DNA of 32,000 bases from Opitutales bacterium (lineage in GTDB: Bacteria > Verrucomicrobiota > Verrucomicrobiia > Opitutales > PNEW01), in NCBI GenBank assembly GCA_965219535.1, contig CBDCNV010000002.1:1740001-1772000 (forward strand), written 5' to 3'. The position numbers were made by a program, and so were the translations under genes. Positions within the stretch are counted from its first letter, which is position 1, and each line of letters starts with the position of its first letter. Under the pieces are notes generated by a model, which worked only from the letters and a program-made list of their open reading frames with translations, searched no databases and was not told the DNA's origin. Shown here piece after piece: positions 1-8,892 of this stretch.

Positions 1-1885
1 GCGCGAATCTCGCTGCGATCTACAATAATGTAGGGATGAGAGAAATAAGTATTCGCGAAGCTCATCGAGCGGTGCAGAATGATTATACTAATTACTCGGC
101 CCATCTTTTTCTTGCGAACAGTTACGATGCGCTGCGCGATCCTCGAAGATTTCAACTCCGGTTTGAAACACCGTGGGCTAATGAATTACTCTTAGCTAAT
201 CTCCTCTCCCCGGCCAGCGCGGGAACACTTTCTCAACATGTTTCTCAGCAGGAATACACCCCTCTTTTTGAGAGACAACGTTTAGGTTTAAACGCACAAA
301 GCACGTATCAAAGTCATGGAGAATTTCGCCAGCTCATTACTCAATACGGACTCTTTGGTGACACCAGTTATGCGGTAGATTTTGACTATCATACCTTTGA
401 CGGGTACCGCCTGAATAATGAATTCGATCGCATTGAAGTTTTTACACAGCTCAAGCATCAATTGACAGAGCAAGGGACAGTGTTTCTACAGTTGAAATTT
501 CAAGATTTTGATGGAGGCGATGTATCTCAGATTTGGGACAATTCTCAACTCCGACCGGATTTTCATTTCGAAGAAGAACAAATTCCGCTTGTCTTTGCGG
601 GTTATCACCACCGGTGGTCTCCGGGAATCGACACTTTATTTCTTTTTGGACGACTTACGGATGACTTAGTCAATCGAGATCTCCAAGTTCCACAACTCAT
701 TCTCAGCACTGATGAGGCAGGGGAGAGAGTTGTATTTCCATCAGCCGATATGGATTTTTTTATCGCAACGAATTGGAGATATACTCAGCAGAAATAACCC
801 AGATTTTCCAGCTCGACAAATGGACTTTTATAGGTGGACTGCGCTACCAGGATGGGGATTTTGAAGTCGAGAATCGGCTCACTGGGATTACTCTCATTCA
901 GGAACCCTTCTTTGACGATCCGCCAGCGAATTTAAAATTTAAGGAAGGTTTCAACCGAGTAAATTTATACTTATACTCACTCTGGGAGGTGTTATAAAAT
1001 TTAACAGTTACAGCCGGAGTCTCCTACGATAGTATAGATTATCCTTTAAATTTTTTAACTTCGCCTATTAGCAGTGGGCAATTGGAGGATGACCAGGTTT
1101 CACCCAAAGTCGGGATGAATTGGGACGTAAATGATCAAATAAGTATACGTGCAGCTTATAGCCAATCTCTCGGGGGATTTAGTTTTGATCAAAGTGTACG
1201 CCTCGAGCCCAGCCAGATATCTGGTTTCACCCAGGGATTTCGCTCCCTTATTTCAGAATCCGCAGTCGGTGCGGTCCCTGCGTCCGAATTTGAAGTCGCC
1301 GGTTTAGGGATCACGCTTAATATAGATGCGCAAACTTACCTCGATCTTCATGCCACGATTCGCGAAGCTGATGTTGTGCGTTTTGATGGTGTTTTCAATG
1401 ATACCGGCAGCACATTCTTCAGGCCGGGAGTAATCCGCGAGGTTCTCAATTACGAGGAGGATAATTTTACGGTTGCGTTAAACCATCTCCTCGGGGAAAT
1501 GTGGTCTCTGGGTGTGCGTTATGAATATACGCGATCTGATCTCGACCAGATTTTTGACACTATTCCCGACGCGAATTTTAATTTTCGCTCTACCTTACAT
1601 CAGCTAAATCTTTTCGCGATTATAAATCATCCCTCAGGCTGGCACGCAAAAGCAGAAGGTAGATGGGTGAATCAAGACAATCGGGGGTTTTTACCTGATT
1701 TTGGGGACGAGGACTTTTTCCAAATTGATGCTTTTTTGGGGTATCGAGCACCCGGCCAACAGTGGCAATTAACCGCGGGAGTCGTGAATTTAACGGATGA
1801 GAATTATCGACTCAATCCCCTAAATACATTTTTGGAATTTCCACGCGAAGTAGCTTTCTGGCTTAAGTTCGATTTGAATCTATAG
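1..1885 (+). pseudogene. TPR-containing outer-membrane beta-barrel-like protein, disrupted by a frameshift at the T7 tract 755-761 and an in-frame TAA at 995-997. The 5' end lies off-window.
   Basis: The frame of ORF 36..797 is open back to base 3 (..NLAAIYNNVGMREISIREAH.., TPR-like). The sense continues in the -1 frame (ORF 773..997; that frame is open from 716). After a single TAA at 995-997, the same frame stays open into ORF 1082..1885 (..LTVTAGVSYDSIDYPLNF..SPKVGMNWDV..IRAAYSQSLGG..). An alternating beta-strand pattern and the aromatic C-terminus AFWLKFDLNL suggest an OM barrel. Confidence 0.55.
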
Positions 1886-1902
1886 AGTGTTCATTTTAGG
1901 AG

Positions 1903-3888
1903 ATGAATATTTTCAAAAATCGGTGGGCTAAATATATCTGGGGTTCGGTTCTGGTTGTGGGCATTGGATTACTTTTTATCCTTCTACCTCTGGGAAATAA
2001 GTTAAGATATTTAAGCTATGATTTTTTATACCTCTTTCAAAACCAAGAACCACCCACTGATGTGGTTCTTGTTTATATGGATGAACAATCTCATCATGAA
2101 CTTGAACAGCCGTATGATAGAACATGGGACCGTCGCTTGCATGCGGAGTTACTTAATAAAATTACCGAGCAGGGAGCGCGTCTTGTCTTTTACGACATTA
2201 TTTTTGAAATGGTTAGTTCTAAACCTGAGAGCGACGCCGCACTCGCGGATGCTATTAAGAAAAATGGTTCGGTCGTTCTTGCAGGAAGTTTAACCCAGAG
2301 AAGGGAAACTCTATCCAGTCAGGAAATAATTATTCCGCCCGAAGCAAGTTTCCGACGGGCGACACGCGCCTGGGGTGTGCTGCAAATTCATGCGGTCAAC
2401 CCACGTCTGATTATAACCGGTACGCCCGACTTCGAATCAGCGACTTGGAAAGCAGCTGCAATTCTCGATCCCAGTATAAATGAACGCTTAGATAATCGAC
2501 TGAGCGAACGTTGGATAAATTATTTAGGTCCTCCCGATTCTTTTCCCTCAATCAGTTTTCATAAGGCTTACTTAGATGATCCTGAAAGTAGAGGTTTGTT
2601 TAAAGATAAAATTGTTTTTATCGGCTCAAGATATATTACGGGATTTACCGGTACCGCCAAAGACACGTTTTTCACCCCTTATTCTCTTTTGGGATTTCCC
2701 CCTGCTAATGGAATAGAGATTCATGCCAACAGCGTTATTAATCTATTAGAGGGTAATTGGTTGAACCGTCTAAACCGCGGGTCGGAATTGGCAATTGTCG
2801 CTGTCTACGGGATCTTAGTCAGTCTATTGTTAGTTTTACTCACTCCAAGAGTGGGGATCATAGTCACCCTTTTCTTAGGGTTTACGGTCGCGGTTTCATC
2901 TATTTTATTGAGTTGGCAAACCTTTACTTTTTACAGCTGGTTGGTTCCCGCTGGTGTACAGACAATGACTGCTTATGTCTGGGCCGTGGGGACAAAATAC
3001 TATCAGGAAACAAGAAGAAAGATGAGACTTAAAAAAGCGTTTTCCGCCTATCTCTCGCCGGTCATGGCTCAGCAGGTGGCGGAGAGTGATATTGATTTTG
3101 CGCCGGGTGGAGAACTTAAGGAAGTGACAATATTGTTTACCGATCTGGAAGGATTTACCACGCTTTCAGACAGTTCCAATCCCGGTGAGATATCAGAAAT
3201 ACTTAACACCTATTTTAGTCTGACTAGTAATCATGTATTACACGAAAACGGCACCATTCTTAAATATATCGGGGATGCAGTATTTGCGGTGTGGGGAGCA
3301 CCCCTTGAAGATCCGCAGCAGGCGAATAATGCGGTCAAAGCTGCGTTGGGTATGATAGAATCAACGCGGGATAAAAAAGTATACGGGCATCCCTTGCGAA
3401 CACGAATCGGTATAAGCAGTGGCAGCTGTCTGGCTGGAAACCTGGGCTCAGATTTACGATTTGATTATACGGTCATAGGCGATGAGGTCAACCTGGCCTC
3501 GCGACTGGAGGGACTGAATAAATATACGGGGACTGACATTGTGGTGTCTGAGACAACTGCGAGACAAATATCAGATTTATATAAAATGAGATTGATGGGG
3601 CGATTCCTTCTCGTGGGAAAAGAAAAGGCGGTTGAAGTTTATGAAATACTGGGAGAAAGCAATGGAAAGGAGCCAGAACAGGAGTGGCAGACAATTTATT
3701 CCGAAGGGCTTTCTCTTTTTTCCCAGAAAAAGTTTGATGAAGCGAAAAACTGTTTTCAAAAAACGATTGACATTCGACCGGAAGGAGATGGTCCCTCGGA
3801 ATTTATACTCAATCAGATTGATCAGTTATCTAATGGAAATGATTTGCCTAAAAATTGGAGTGGAGAAATTATTTTAACGGGTAAATAA
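1903..3888 (+). CDS. CHASE2 sensor domain-containing class III adenylate/guanylate cyclase with a TPR-like C-terminal tail
   Basis: It has an N-terminal TM helix (VLVVGIGLLFILLPL), a periplasmic-type region of about 270 aa, and a TM cluster (ELAIVAVYGILVSLLLVLL...). The cyclase core motifs are ILFTDLEGFTTLSD, YIGDAVFAVWGAP and DYTVIGDEVNLASRLE. AGGAG lies 5 nt upstream of the ATG. Confidence 0.9.
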   Translation: MNIFKNRWAKYIWGSVLVVGIGLLFILLPLGNKLRYLSYDFLYLFQNQEPPTDVVLVYMDEQSHHELEQPYDRTWDRRLHAELLNKITEQGARLVFYDIIFEMVSSKPESDAALADAIKKNGSVVLAGSLTQRRETLSSQEIIIPPEASFRRATRAWGVLQIHAVNPRLIITGTPDFESATWKAAAILDPSINERLDNRLSERWINYLGPPDSFPSISFHKAYLDDPESRGLFKDKIVFIGSRYITGFTGTAKDTFFTPYSLLGFPPANGIEIHANSVINLLEGNWLNRLNRGSELAIVAVYGILVSLLLVLLTPRVGIIVTLFLGFTVAVSSILLSWQTFTFYSWLVPAGVQTMTAYVWAVGTKYYQETRRKMRLKKAFSAYLSPVMAQQVAESDIDFAPGGELKEVTILFTDLEGFTTLSDSSNPGEISEILNTYFSLTSNHVLHENGTILKYIGDAVFAVWGAPLEDPQQANNAVKAALGMIESTRDKKVYGHPLRTRIGISSGSCLAGNLGSDLRFDYTVIGDEVNLASRLEGLNKYTGTDIVVSETTARQISDLYKMRLMGRFLLVGKEKAVEVYEILGESNGKEPEQEWQTIYSEGLSLFSQKKFDEAKNCFQKTIDIRPEGDGPSEFILNQIDQLSNGNDLPKNWSGEIILTGK

Positions 3889-3972
3889 TACTTAGTGTCA
3901 GCACACAAAAAACCGTCATGGGTCAGACGATGTTGAAAGTAGAATGAAATAACAGGATGAAAGGAACAGTAA

Positions 3973-4746
3973 TTGAGACGGAGTTTGATACTTGAAAAAT
4001 TAAGACGGGGCGAGTATGTGGTTATCAGCCAGTCTTGGATTATACCGCACTGGAAAATGGTAGATGTCATGGGAACGGTTGGGTTTGATGGCGTCTGGAT
4101 AGAGAATGAACACAGCGATTTTAATTATAGCGAAATTTCTCAGATGATACTGGCGGCCAGAGCGCATGATATGGATTCCATTGTACGTGTTGAACGGTGC
4201 GGCTACACGGGCATCATTAAACCTCTAGAAGCGGGGGCAACCGGATTAGTTGTGCCCCAAGTCGTGGATGGGGAGGATGCTAAATCCATTGTCCGCGATG
4301 CCAAGTACAGTCCGATGGGACTTCGAGGAGCCGGAGGAAGTACAGATTCGGTCTACGGTACCCAAGCGAGAGAAGAGTATATTGAGCAATCGATTCGCGA
4401 AACCTTTATTGCCGCACTGATCGAAAATAAAGAAGCGATCGAAGATATTGATGCGATTGCCGCGACTGAAGGTATCGATATGCTTTTATTGGGTCCAGGC
4501 GACCTATCACAAAGTTATGGAATATTCGGTCAATCTGATCATGAATTAATTATAAAAGCGACGAATGCAATGGCAGACGCCTGTGATAAACACGGTAAAT
4601 GGTGGGGCGCCCCGGTGTCGAATCGTGAACAGGCAGAAGCCATTCTCAAGCGTGGTGCGAGAATAATTCAAACAGTTAACGATCAGGAGATCATCGTCTC
4701 GGGATTCAGGAAGTTAAATGAGTCCTTTCAGGATATTAAGATTTAA
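3973..4746 (+). CDS. HpcH/HpaI-family class II (metal-dependent) 4-hydroxy-2-oxoacid/pyruvate aldolase
   Basis: Family motifs are GFDGVWIENEH, IVRVE, LEAGATGLVVPQV, KYSPMGLRG, LIENKEAIEDIDAI and LLLGPGDLS. A TTG start immediately follows an in-frame TAA, and AAGGAA lies 7 nt upstream. The start codon is the least certain part. Confidence 0.82.
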   Translation: MRRSLILEKLRRGEYVVISQSWIIPHWKMVDVMGTVGFDGVWIENEHSDFNYSEISQMILAARAHDMDSIVRVERCGYTGIIKPLEAGATGLVVPQVVDGEDAKSIVRDAKYSPMGLRGAGGSTDSVYGTQAREEYIEQSIRETFIAALIENKEAIEDIDAIAATEGIDMLLLGPGDLSQSYGIFGQSDHELIIKATNAMADACDKHGKWWGAPVSNREQAEAILKRGARIIQTVNDQEIIVSGFRKLNESFQDIKI

Positions 4747-4820
4747 GTTACACAGACAGCTGACCCATTTGGGTAGATCTGTTTTAGAATTTATTTCACC
4801 TGCGAAGCTCAGAAGTACTT

Positions 4821-6059
4821 ATGGCGAAAACCAAACTTACGGATCTGGCAGATTACGAGGCGTTTTGTGAATGGCGATTGAATGATCCTTACCCCTTGAT
4901 GCATCAACTGCGCGCCGAAGATCACGTTCATTGGAATGAGCGCATCGAAGGTTGGATGCTTACCCGTTATGATGACGTCGTAAATGGCTATCGCGACCCG
5001 CGACTAAAATCTGACCGGGCGTCGATTAATATGAAATCTCTGCCTGAACACCTGCAAAATAAATATCAAACCTTGGGGGAACATGTATCGAATTGGCTTG
5101 GCTTTACCGATGCACCTAAGCACACGCGGCTCCGCAATCTGGTGGGCAAGGCATTCACTCCCAGGGTTACTTTAAACCTGCAGCCACGTATTCAGGAAAT
5201 CACAAATAGCTTACTCGATAAGGCCGAGGAAAAAGGAAAACTGGATTTAATTGACGACTATGCTTTTCGATTACCGGCAACCGTGATTTGCGGGTTGTTG
5301 GGGATCCCCGCCGATTATCAGGATAAATTTCGTAAATATACCGAATATTTAGCCACTTTTGTCGGTAGCATGGGGCCTGAAATGATTAAAATAGCTGATC
5401 AAGCTAACGAAAGTTATAATCAACTCGCCAATTATTTCCGTGAGCTCGCGGCTGAACGACGGTGCGAGCCCAAGAATGACTTAATAAGTGTTCTGGCCAG
5501 GGTTGACGAAGACGGAGATGCGCTCGATGAAAGAGAGCTATTAGGGATGGCGGTCTTTCTCTTCGTAGCGGGACATGAGACAACAGTTTGTCTCCTCGCT
5601 AGCGGGTTTCTCCTGCTATTTCAGAATCCCAAGGAATTCGGAAAATTAAAACGTGACCCATCACTGATTGAAACTGCCGTGGAGGAGATTCTCAGGTATG
5701 AACCGCCGATATTGTTGAATACAAGATTAGCGTCGGAAGATATAAAACTCCGTGGCAAGCTCATTAAAAAAGGTCAAGCGGTGCTTCTGATGATGAGCGG
5801 CGCCAACCGGGACCCCGATCAATTTCCGGATCCGGATCGGTTCGACATATCAAGAGGGAATAATCAACACCTGGCCTTTGGATACGGACACCACGTCTGC
5901 ATCGGAGCACCCCTCGCGCGTCTAGAGGCAAAAATTGCGATCGGCTCCGCTATTAAGCGATTTCCCAACTTGCGTTTAGAGAATGAAAACTTTCAGAGTC
6001 AATGGCGCCGAAATTTGTCATTGCGCATGCTTTTAACATTGCCGGCGGTTTTAAATTAA
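4821..6059 (+). CDS. cytochrome P450 monooxygenase (bacterial soluble type)
   Basis: It carries the I-helix AGHETT, the ExxR motif EEILRYEPP, and the Cys-heme ligand loop FGYGHHVCIGAPLARLE. There is no signal peptide or TM segment. Confidence 0.93.
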   Translation: MAKTKLTDLADYEAFCEWRLNDPYPLMHQLRAEDHVHWNERIEGWMLTRYDDVVNGYRDPRLKSDRASINMKSLPEHLQNKYQTLGEHVSNWLGFTDAPKHTRLRNLVGKAFTPRVTLNLQPRIQEITNSLLDKAEEKGKLDLIDDYAFRLPATVICGLLGIPADYQDKFRKYTEYLATFVGSMGPEMIKIADQANESYNQLANYFRELAAERRCEPKNDLISVLARVDEDGDALDERELLGMAVFLFVAGHETTVCLLASGFLLLFQNPKEFGKLKRDPSLIETAVEEILRYEPPILLNTRLASEDIKLRGKLIKKGQAVLLMMSGANRDPDQFPDPDRFDISRGNNQHLAFGYGHHVCIGAPLARLEAKIAIGSAIKRFPNLRLENENFQSQWRRNLSLRMLLTLPAVLN

Positions 6060-6158
6060 ATTCCGGCTCTGATAATGTAATGTATTTACTTCACGAAGAG
6101 ATTTAAATAACCTTTGGATAGGGTGTATTAATAAAAGAGAAATCAGAGTTATCGGATA

Positions 6159-6965
6159 ATGGATACGGCAATACAATATGATATCGATCAGCATTTAGAG
6201 GAATGGAAAATAAATGGGTTTACTATTTTCGAAAACTTGATTCCTCTCGCTACGATCGACCGCATACGTAAGGCATGGATCCCGTACCGTGATGGGGAGA
6301 TCAGAAAACGAGACCCTGATCTAATAGAAAAACGCTACAATTTCAGTGTCCCCTTTAAAAAACCTTTCGTCGAACCAGAAATATTTGAGCACCCGGCAGT
6401 AGTACAATTCCTGGAAAAGGCGCTCGGACCGGATTACGTTTGGGACGAGTTTGATTCGAACACGCCTTTTCCCGGTGTCGATTACCAGGAATGGCACCGC
6501 GATACCCCCTTGCTGTTTTCTGATCTGATGACTCCCGCCTATAATATTGGTGTGAAATTTCCCCTTGTGGACACCTTTGAAGATAATGGCAGTTTTGAAG
6601 TTATCCCCTCGACACAATACTTAGCCGATTCAGCACTCTGTGAAAAAGAAATCAACGGTCGTAAGAATAAATGGTTCGACAATGTATTCGGTAGCGGTGC
6701 GGAACATACAGGTCGTTACTACCCGGTGCGTTTAAATTTAAAAAAAGGATCACTATGGATGCAAGACGGCCGTGCTTTTCATCGGGGAACACCGAACGTA
6801 TCGGATCACACACGCGATGAACTCTGTATGTCTTTCAATCGCCCCTGGTTTAATAGCCATTGGCAGCAAGAAGAAATGAAGACTGAATTTCCGCAGGATC
6901 TCTGGGACAGTCTATCTGATCATGCGCGTCATGTTTTACGTTGGCAATGGATTAAAGAAAATTAA
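6159..6965 (+). CDS. phytanoyl-CoA dioxygenase (PhyH)-family Fe(II)/2-oxoglutarate oxygenase, paralog 1
   Basis: The HxD motif is in EWHRDTP and the distal His is in AFHRGTPN. Length and layout are PhyH-like, and it is clearly paralogous to the next gene. Confidence 0.83.
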   Translation: MDTAIQYDIDQHLEEWKINGFTIFENLIPLATIDRIRKAWIPYRDGEIRKRDPDLIEKRYNFSVPFKKPFVEPEIFEHPAVVQFLEKALGPDYVWDEFDSNTPFPGVDYQEWHRDTPLLFSDLMTPAYNIGVKFPLVDTFEDNGSFEVIPSTQYLADSALCEKEINGRKNKWFDNVFGSGAEHTGRYYPVRLNLKKGSLWMQDGRAFHRGTPNVSDHTRDELCMSFNRPWFNSHWQQEEMKTEFPQDLWDSLSDHARHVLRWQWIKEN

Positions 6966-6999
6966 GTTAAATTAAGAATAAAAGCGGAAAAGAACAGCG

Positions 7000-7809
7000 A
7001 TGAGCGTAGCAACAGAGTATAATGTCGATCAGTTGGTCGAAGAATTTAAAATCAACGGTTTCGTTATCATTGAAGACCTTATTCCACAAGAAGTTCTCAA
7101 TCGGATATACGAGGCATGGATTCCGATTAGGGACCGGGAAATTGAAAGGCAGGGAGATAATCCCAACCGAGGGCCGAACCGCTATTGCATTAATATTCCA
7201 TTTGAGCATCCATTTCTGGATCCGGATATTTTCGACCATCCCTCGCTCGTAAAATTTTTTGAAAGTGTTCTTGGGACCGATTACGTTTGTGAACATTTTG
7301 ACTCGAATACACCTTTCCCCGGATCCGAATACCAAAAATGGCATCGCGATGTCGCAATGCTTTTTCCCGGATTGATGACACCGGCAATAAATGTCGCACT
7401 TAGAATTCCGCTCGTTGATGCCACTGAGGAAAATGGCAGTATAGAAGTGATTCCGTCCAGTCACTACATCGCTGATGAAGAGGTCTGTAATAAAGAAATC
7501 GAAGGGCGAAGAGGGAAGTGGTACGATAATATTTTTGGGGAGGGCCCAAATCGCAAGGGCAGTTACTACCCTGTTCGTCTCAATGTGAATCGCGGATCCA
7601 TTTGGATTTGTGATCCTCGCGTTTTTCACCGGGGAACACCAAACATTTCAGATCACTCACGTGATGAGCTCTCCATGGGATTCAGCCGCCCCTGGCTATT
7701 CAACCCCTGGCTGCACGAAAATACAGAAAAGTATTTTCCGCGCGATCTCTGGAATAGCCTCTCTGATCACGGTCGACAAGTGATGCGGTTGCAACGTGTG
7801 ATGGATTAA
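7000..7809 (+). CDS. phytanoyl-CoA dioxygenase (PhyH)-family Fe(II)/2-oxoglutarate oxygenase, paralog 2
   Basis: The HxD motif is in KWHRDVA and the distal His is in VFHRGTPN. It is colinear with 6159..6965 over its full length (FDSNTPFPG, LMTPA, PLVD, EVIPS, YYPVRLN, SDHxRDEL, LWxSLSDH shared). Confidence 0.83.
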   Translation: MSVATEYNVDQLVEEFKINGFVIIEDLIPQEVLNRIYEAWIPIRDREIERQGDNPNRGPNRYCINIPFEHPFLDPDIFDHPSLVKFFESVLGTDYVCEHFDSNTPFPGSEYQKWHRDVAMLFPGLMTPAINVALRIPLVDATEENGSIEVIPSSHYIADEEVCNKEIEGRRGKWYDNIFGEGPNRKGSYYPVRLNVNRGSIWICDPRVFHRGTPNISDHSRDELSMGFSRPWLFNPWLHENTEKYFPRDLWNSLSDHGRQVMRLQRVMD

Positions 7810-7870
7810 TTTTATATGATCAGAAATAGATCTACTATAAATTATAAATTAAACAAGGGGGGTTAAGCAT

Positions 7871-8737
7871 ATGGCATTTGGATCAGGAAAATATACCTAT
7901 GAAGTAGTAGAGGGGTGGGGACAATTACCCGATGGATGGACATGGGGTTGGATGCCCGCCGTGGCCTGTGATTCTCAGGACCGCGTGTTCGTTTATTCCC
8001 GGAGTGAACATCCCCTTGTCATATTTAACCGTGAAGGTGAATTCATCGACTCGTGGGGTGAGGATGTATTAATCGATGCGCATGGTATTTATATCGATGG
8101 CGAGGACAATGTCTACTGTATCGAGCGAGAAAATCATTGTGTTTTTAAGTTCAATAATAAAGGTGAGCTGAAAATGACAATCGGCACACCCGGTAAACCT
8201 GGGGAGAAAGATGAAGATCCCTTCAATTTACCAACTGACCTGGCTATAGCTTCTACGGGTGAAATATTTATTTCTGACGGGTACGGTAATCACCGCGTGC
8301 ATAAGTACACTGCTAATGGTGAACATTTACTTTCCTGGGGTGAGGAAGGAGATGGGCCCGGTCAATTTAATCTCTCACATAGTGTCCGTTTGGATAAAGA
8401 TGACCGCGTGTGGATCTGTGATCGTGAAAATAATCGTATCCAGATATTCGATACAGACGGTAACTTTTTGAGCGAGTGGACGGGACTTCTGCAACCGGAT
8501 ACGATTTATTTTGATCCCAATGAGGACATTCTTTATCTCGCTGAGTTGCAGCAACAGGTAAGTGTTTATACTTTAGATCGCCAACTCCTCTCCCAATGGG
8601 GTGGTGCAAAAAAAAGTGACAAGCCAGGTGAATTTAAAGCCTGTCCTCACGGTATTTGGACGGATTCACGCGGTGACTTATACGTCGGTCAGGTTCAAGT
8701 AGATGGTCAGTTACAAAAATTTGTACGGCAGGGATAG
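7871..8737 (+). CDS. NHL-repeat six-bladed beta-propeller, peptidyl-alpha-hydroxyglycine alpha-amidating lyase (PAL)-like
   Basis: Repeated NHL-type blades are present. The strings FNLPTDLAIASTGEIFISDGYGNHRVHKY and VWICDRENNRIQIFD closely resemble the PAL core as I recall it (..PTDVAV..FVSDGYCNSRI.., ..ADRENGRIQ.F). Candidate Zn histidines are in DAHGIYID, LSHSVRLD and CPHGIWTD. There is no signal peptide. Confidence 0.78.
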   Translation: MAFGSGKYTYEVVEGWGQLPDGWTWGWMPAVACDSQDRVFVYSRSEHPLVIFNREGEFIDSWGEDVLIDAHGIYIDGEDNVYCIERENHCVFKFNNKGELKMTIGTPGKPGEKDEDPFNLPTDLAIASTGEIFISDGYGNHRVHKYTANGEHLLSWGEEGDGPGQFNLSHSVRLDKDDRVWICDRENNRIQIFDTDGNFLSEWTGLLQPDTIYFDPNEDILYLAELQQQVSVYTLDRQLLSQWGGAKKSDKPGEFKACPHGIWTDSRGDLYVGQVQVDGQLQKFVRQG

Positions 8738-8752
8738 AGTGGTTAAGCGTAT

Positions 8753-8812
8753 ATGCGTAGATGCGAATATGCGTGAAAGCGATTACGCGGGAATGCGTAA
8801 AAGCAATTGCAG
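8753..8812. repeat. degenerate short tandem/direct repeats built on ATGCG(T/A)
   Basis: Three 8-nt units lie at 8753-8776 (atgcgtag/atgcgaat/atgcgtga). Two 20-nt copies lie at 8769-8788 and 8793-8812 (atgcgtGaaagcGattAcGC versus atgcgtAaaagcAattGcAG, 15/20 identical, period 24). The element sits in the convergent gap between the NHL and AKR genes. Confidence 0.45.
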
Positions 8813-8892
8813 ATTAATGATTGACGAGATTTGTCATTACGAATCTGCATCTGCCATTGAACCTTAAATACCTGACTCCTTATCCAATCCAT

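Noticed and set aside
755-761. Programmed -1 ribosomal frameshifting on the T TTT TTT heptamer, which is in the correct register to join ORF 36..797 to ORF 773..997
   Set aside because: A second, independent in-frame TAA at 995-997 would still truncate the product, and I saw no obvious downstream stimulatory structure. A pseudogene or homopolymer miscall is the more economical explanation. It is kept as an alternative in the pseudogene finding.
6967-7629. 220-aa ORF on the minus strand
   Set aside because: It is entirely antisense to the PhyH paralog 2 gene, whose plus-strand frame has the iron-triad motifs and full-length similarity to its neighbour. The antisense product has no recognisable motifs.
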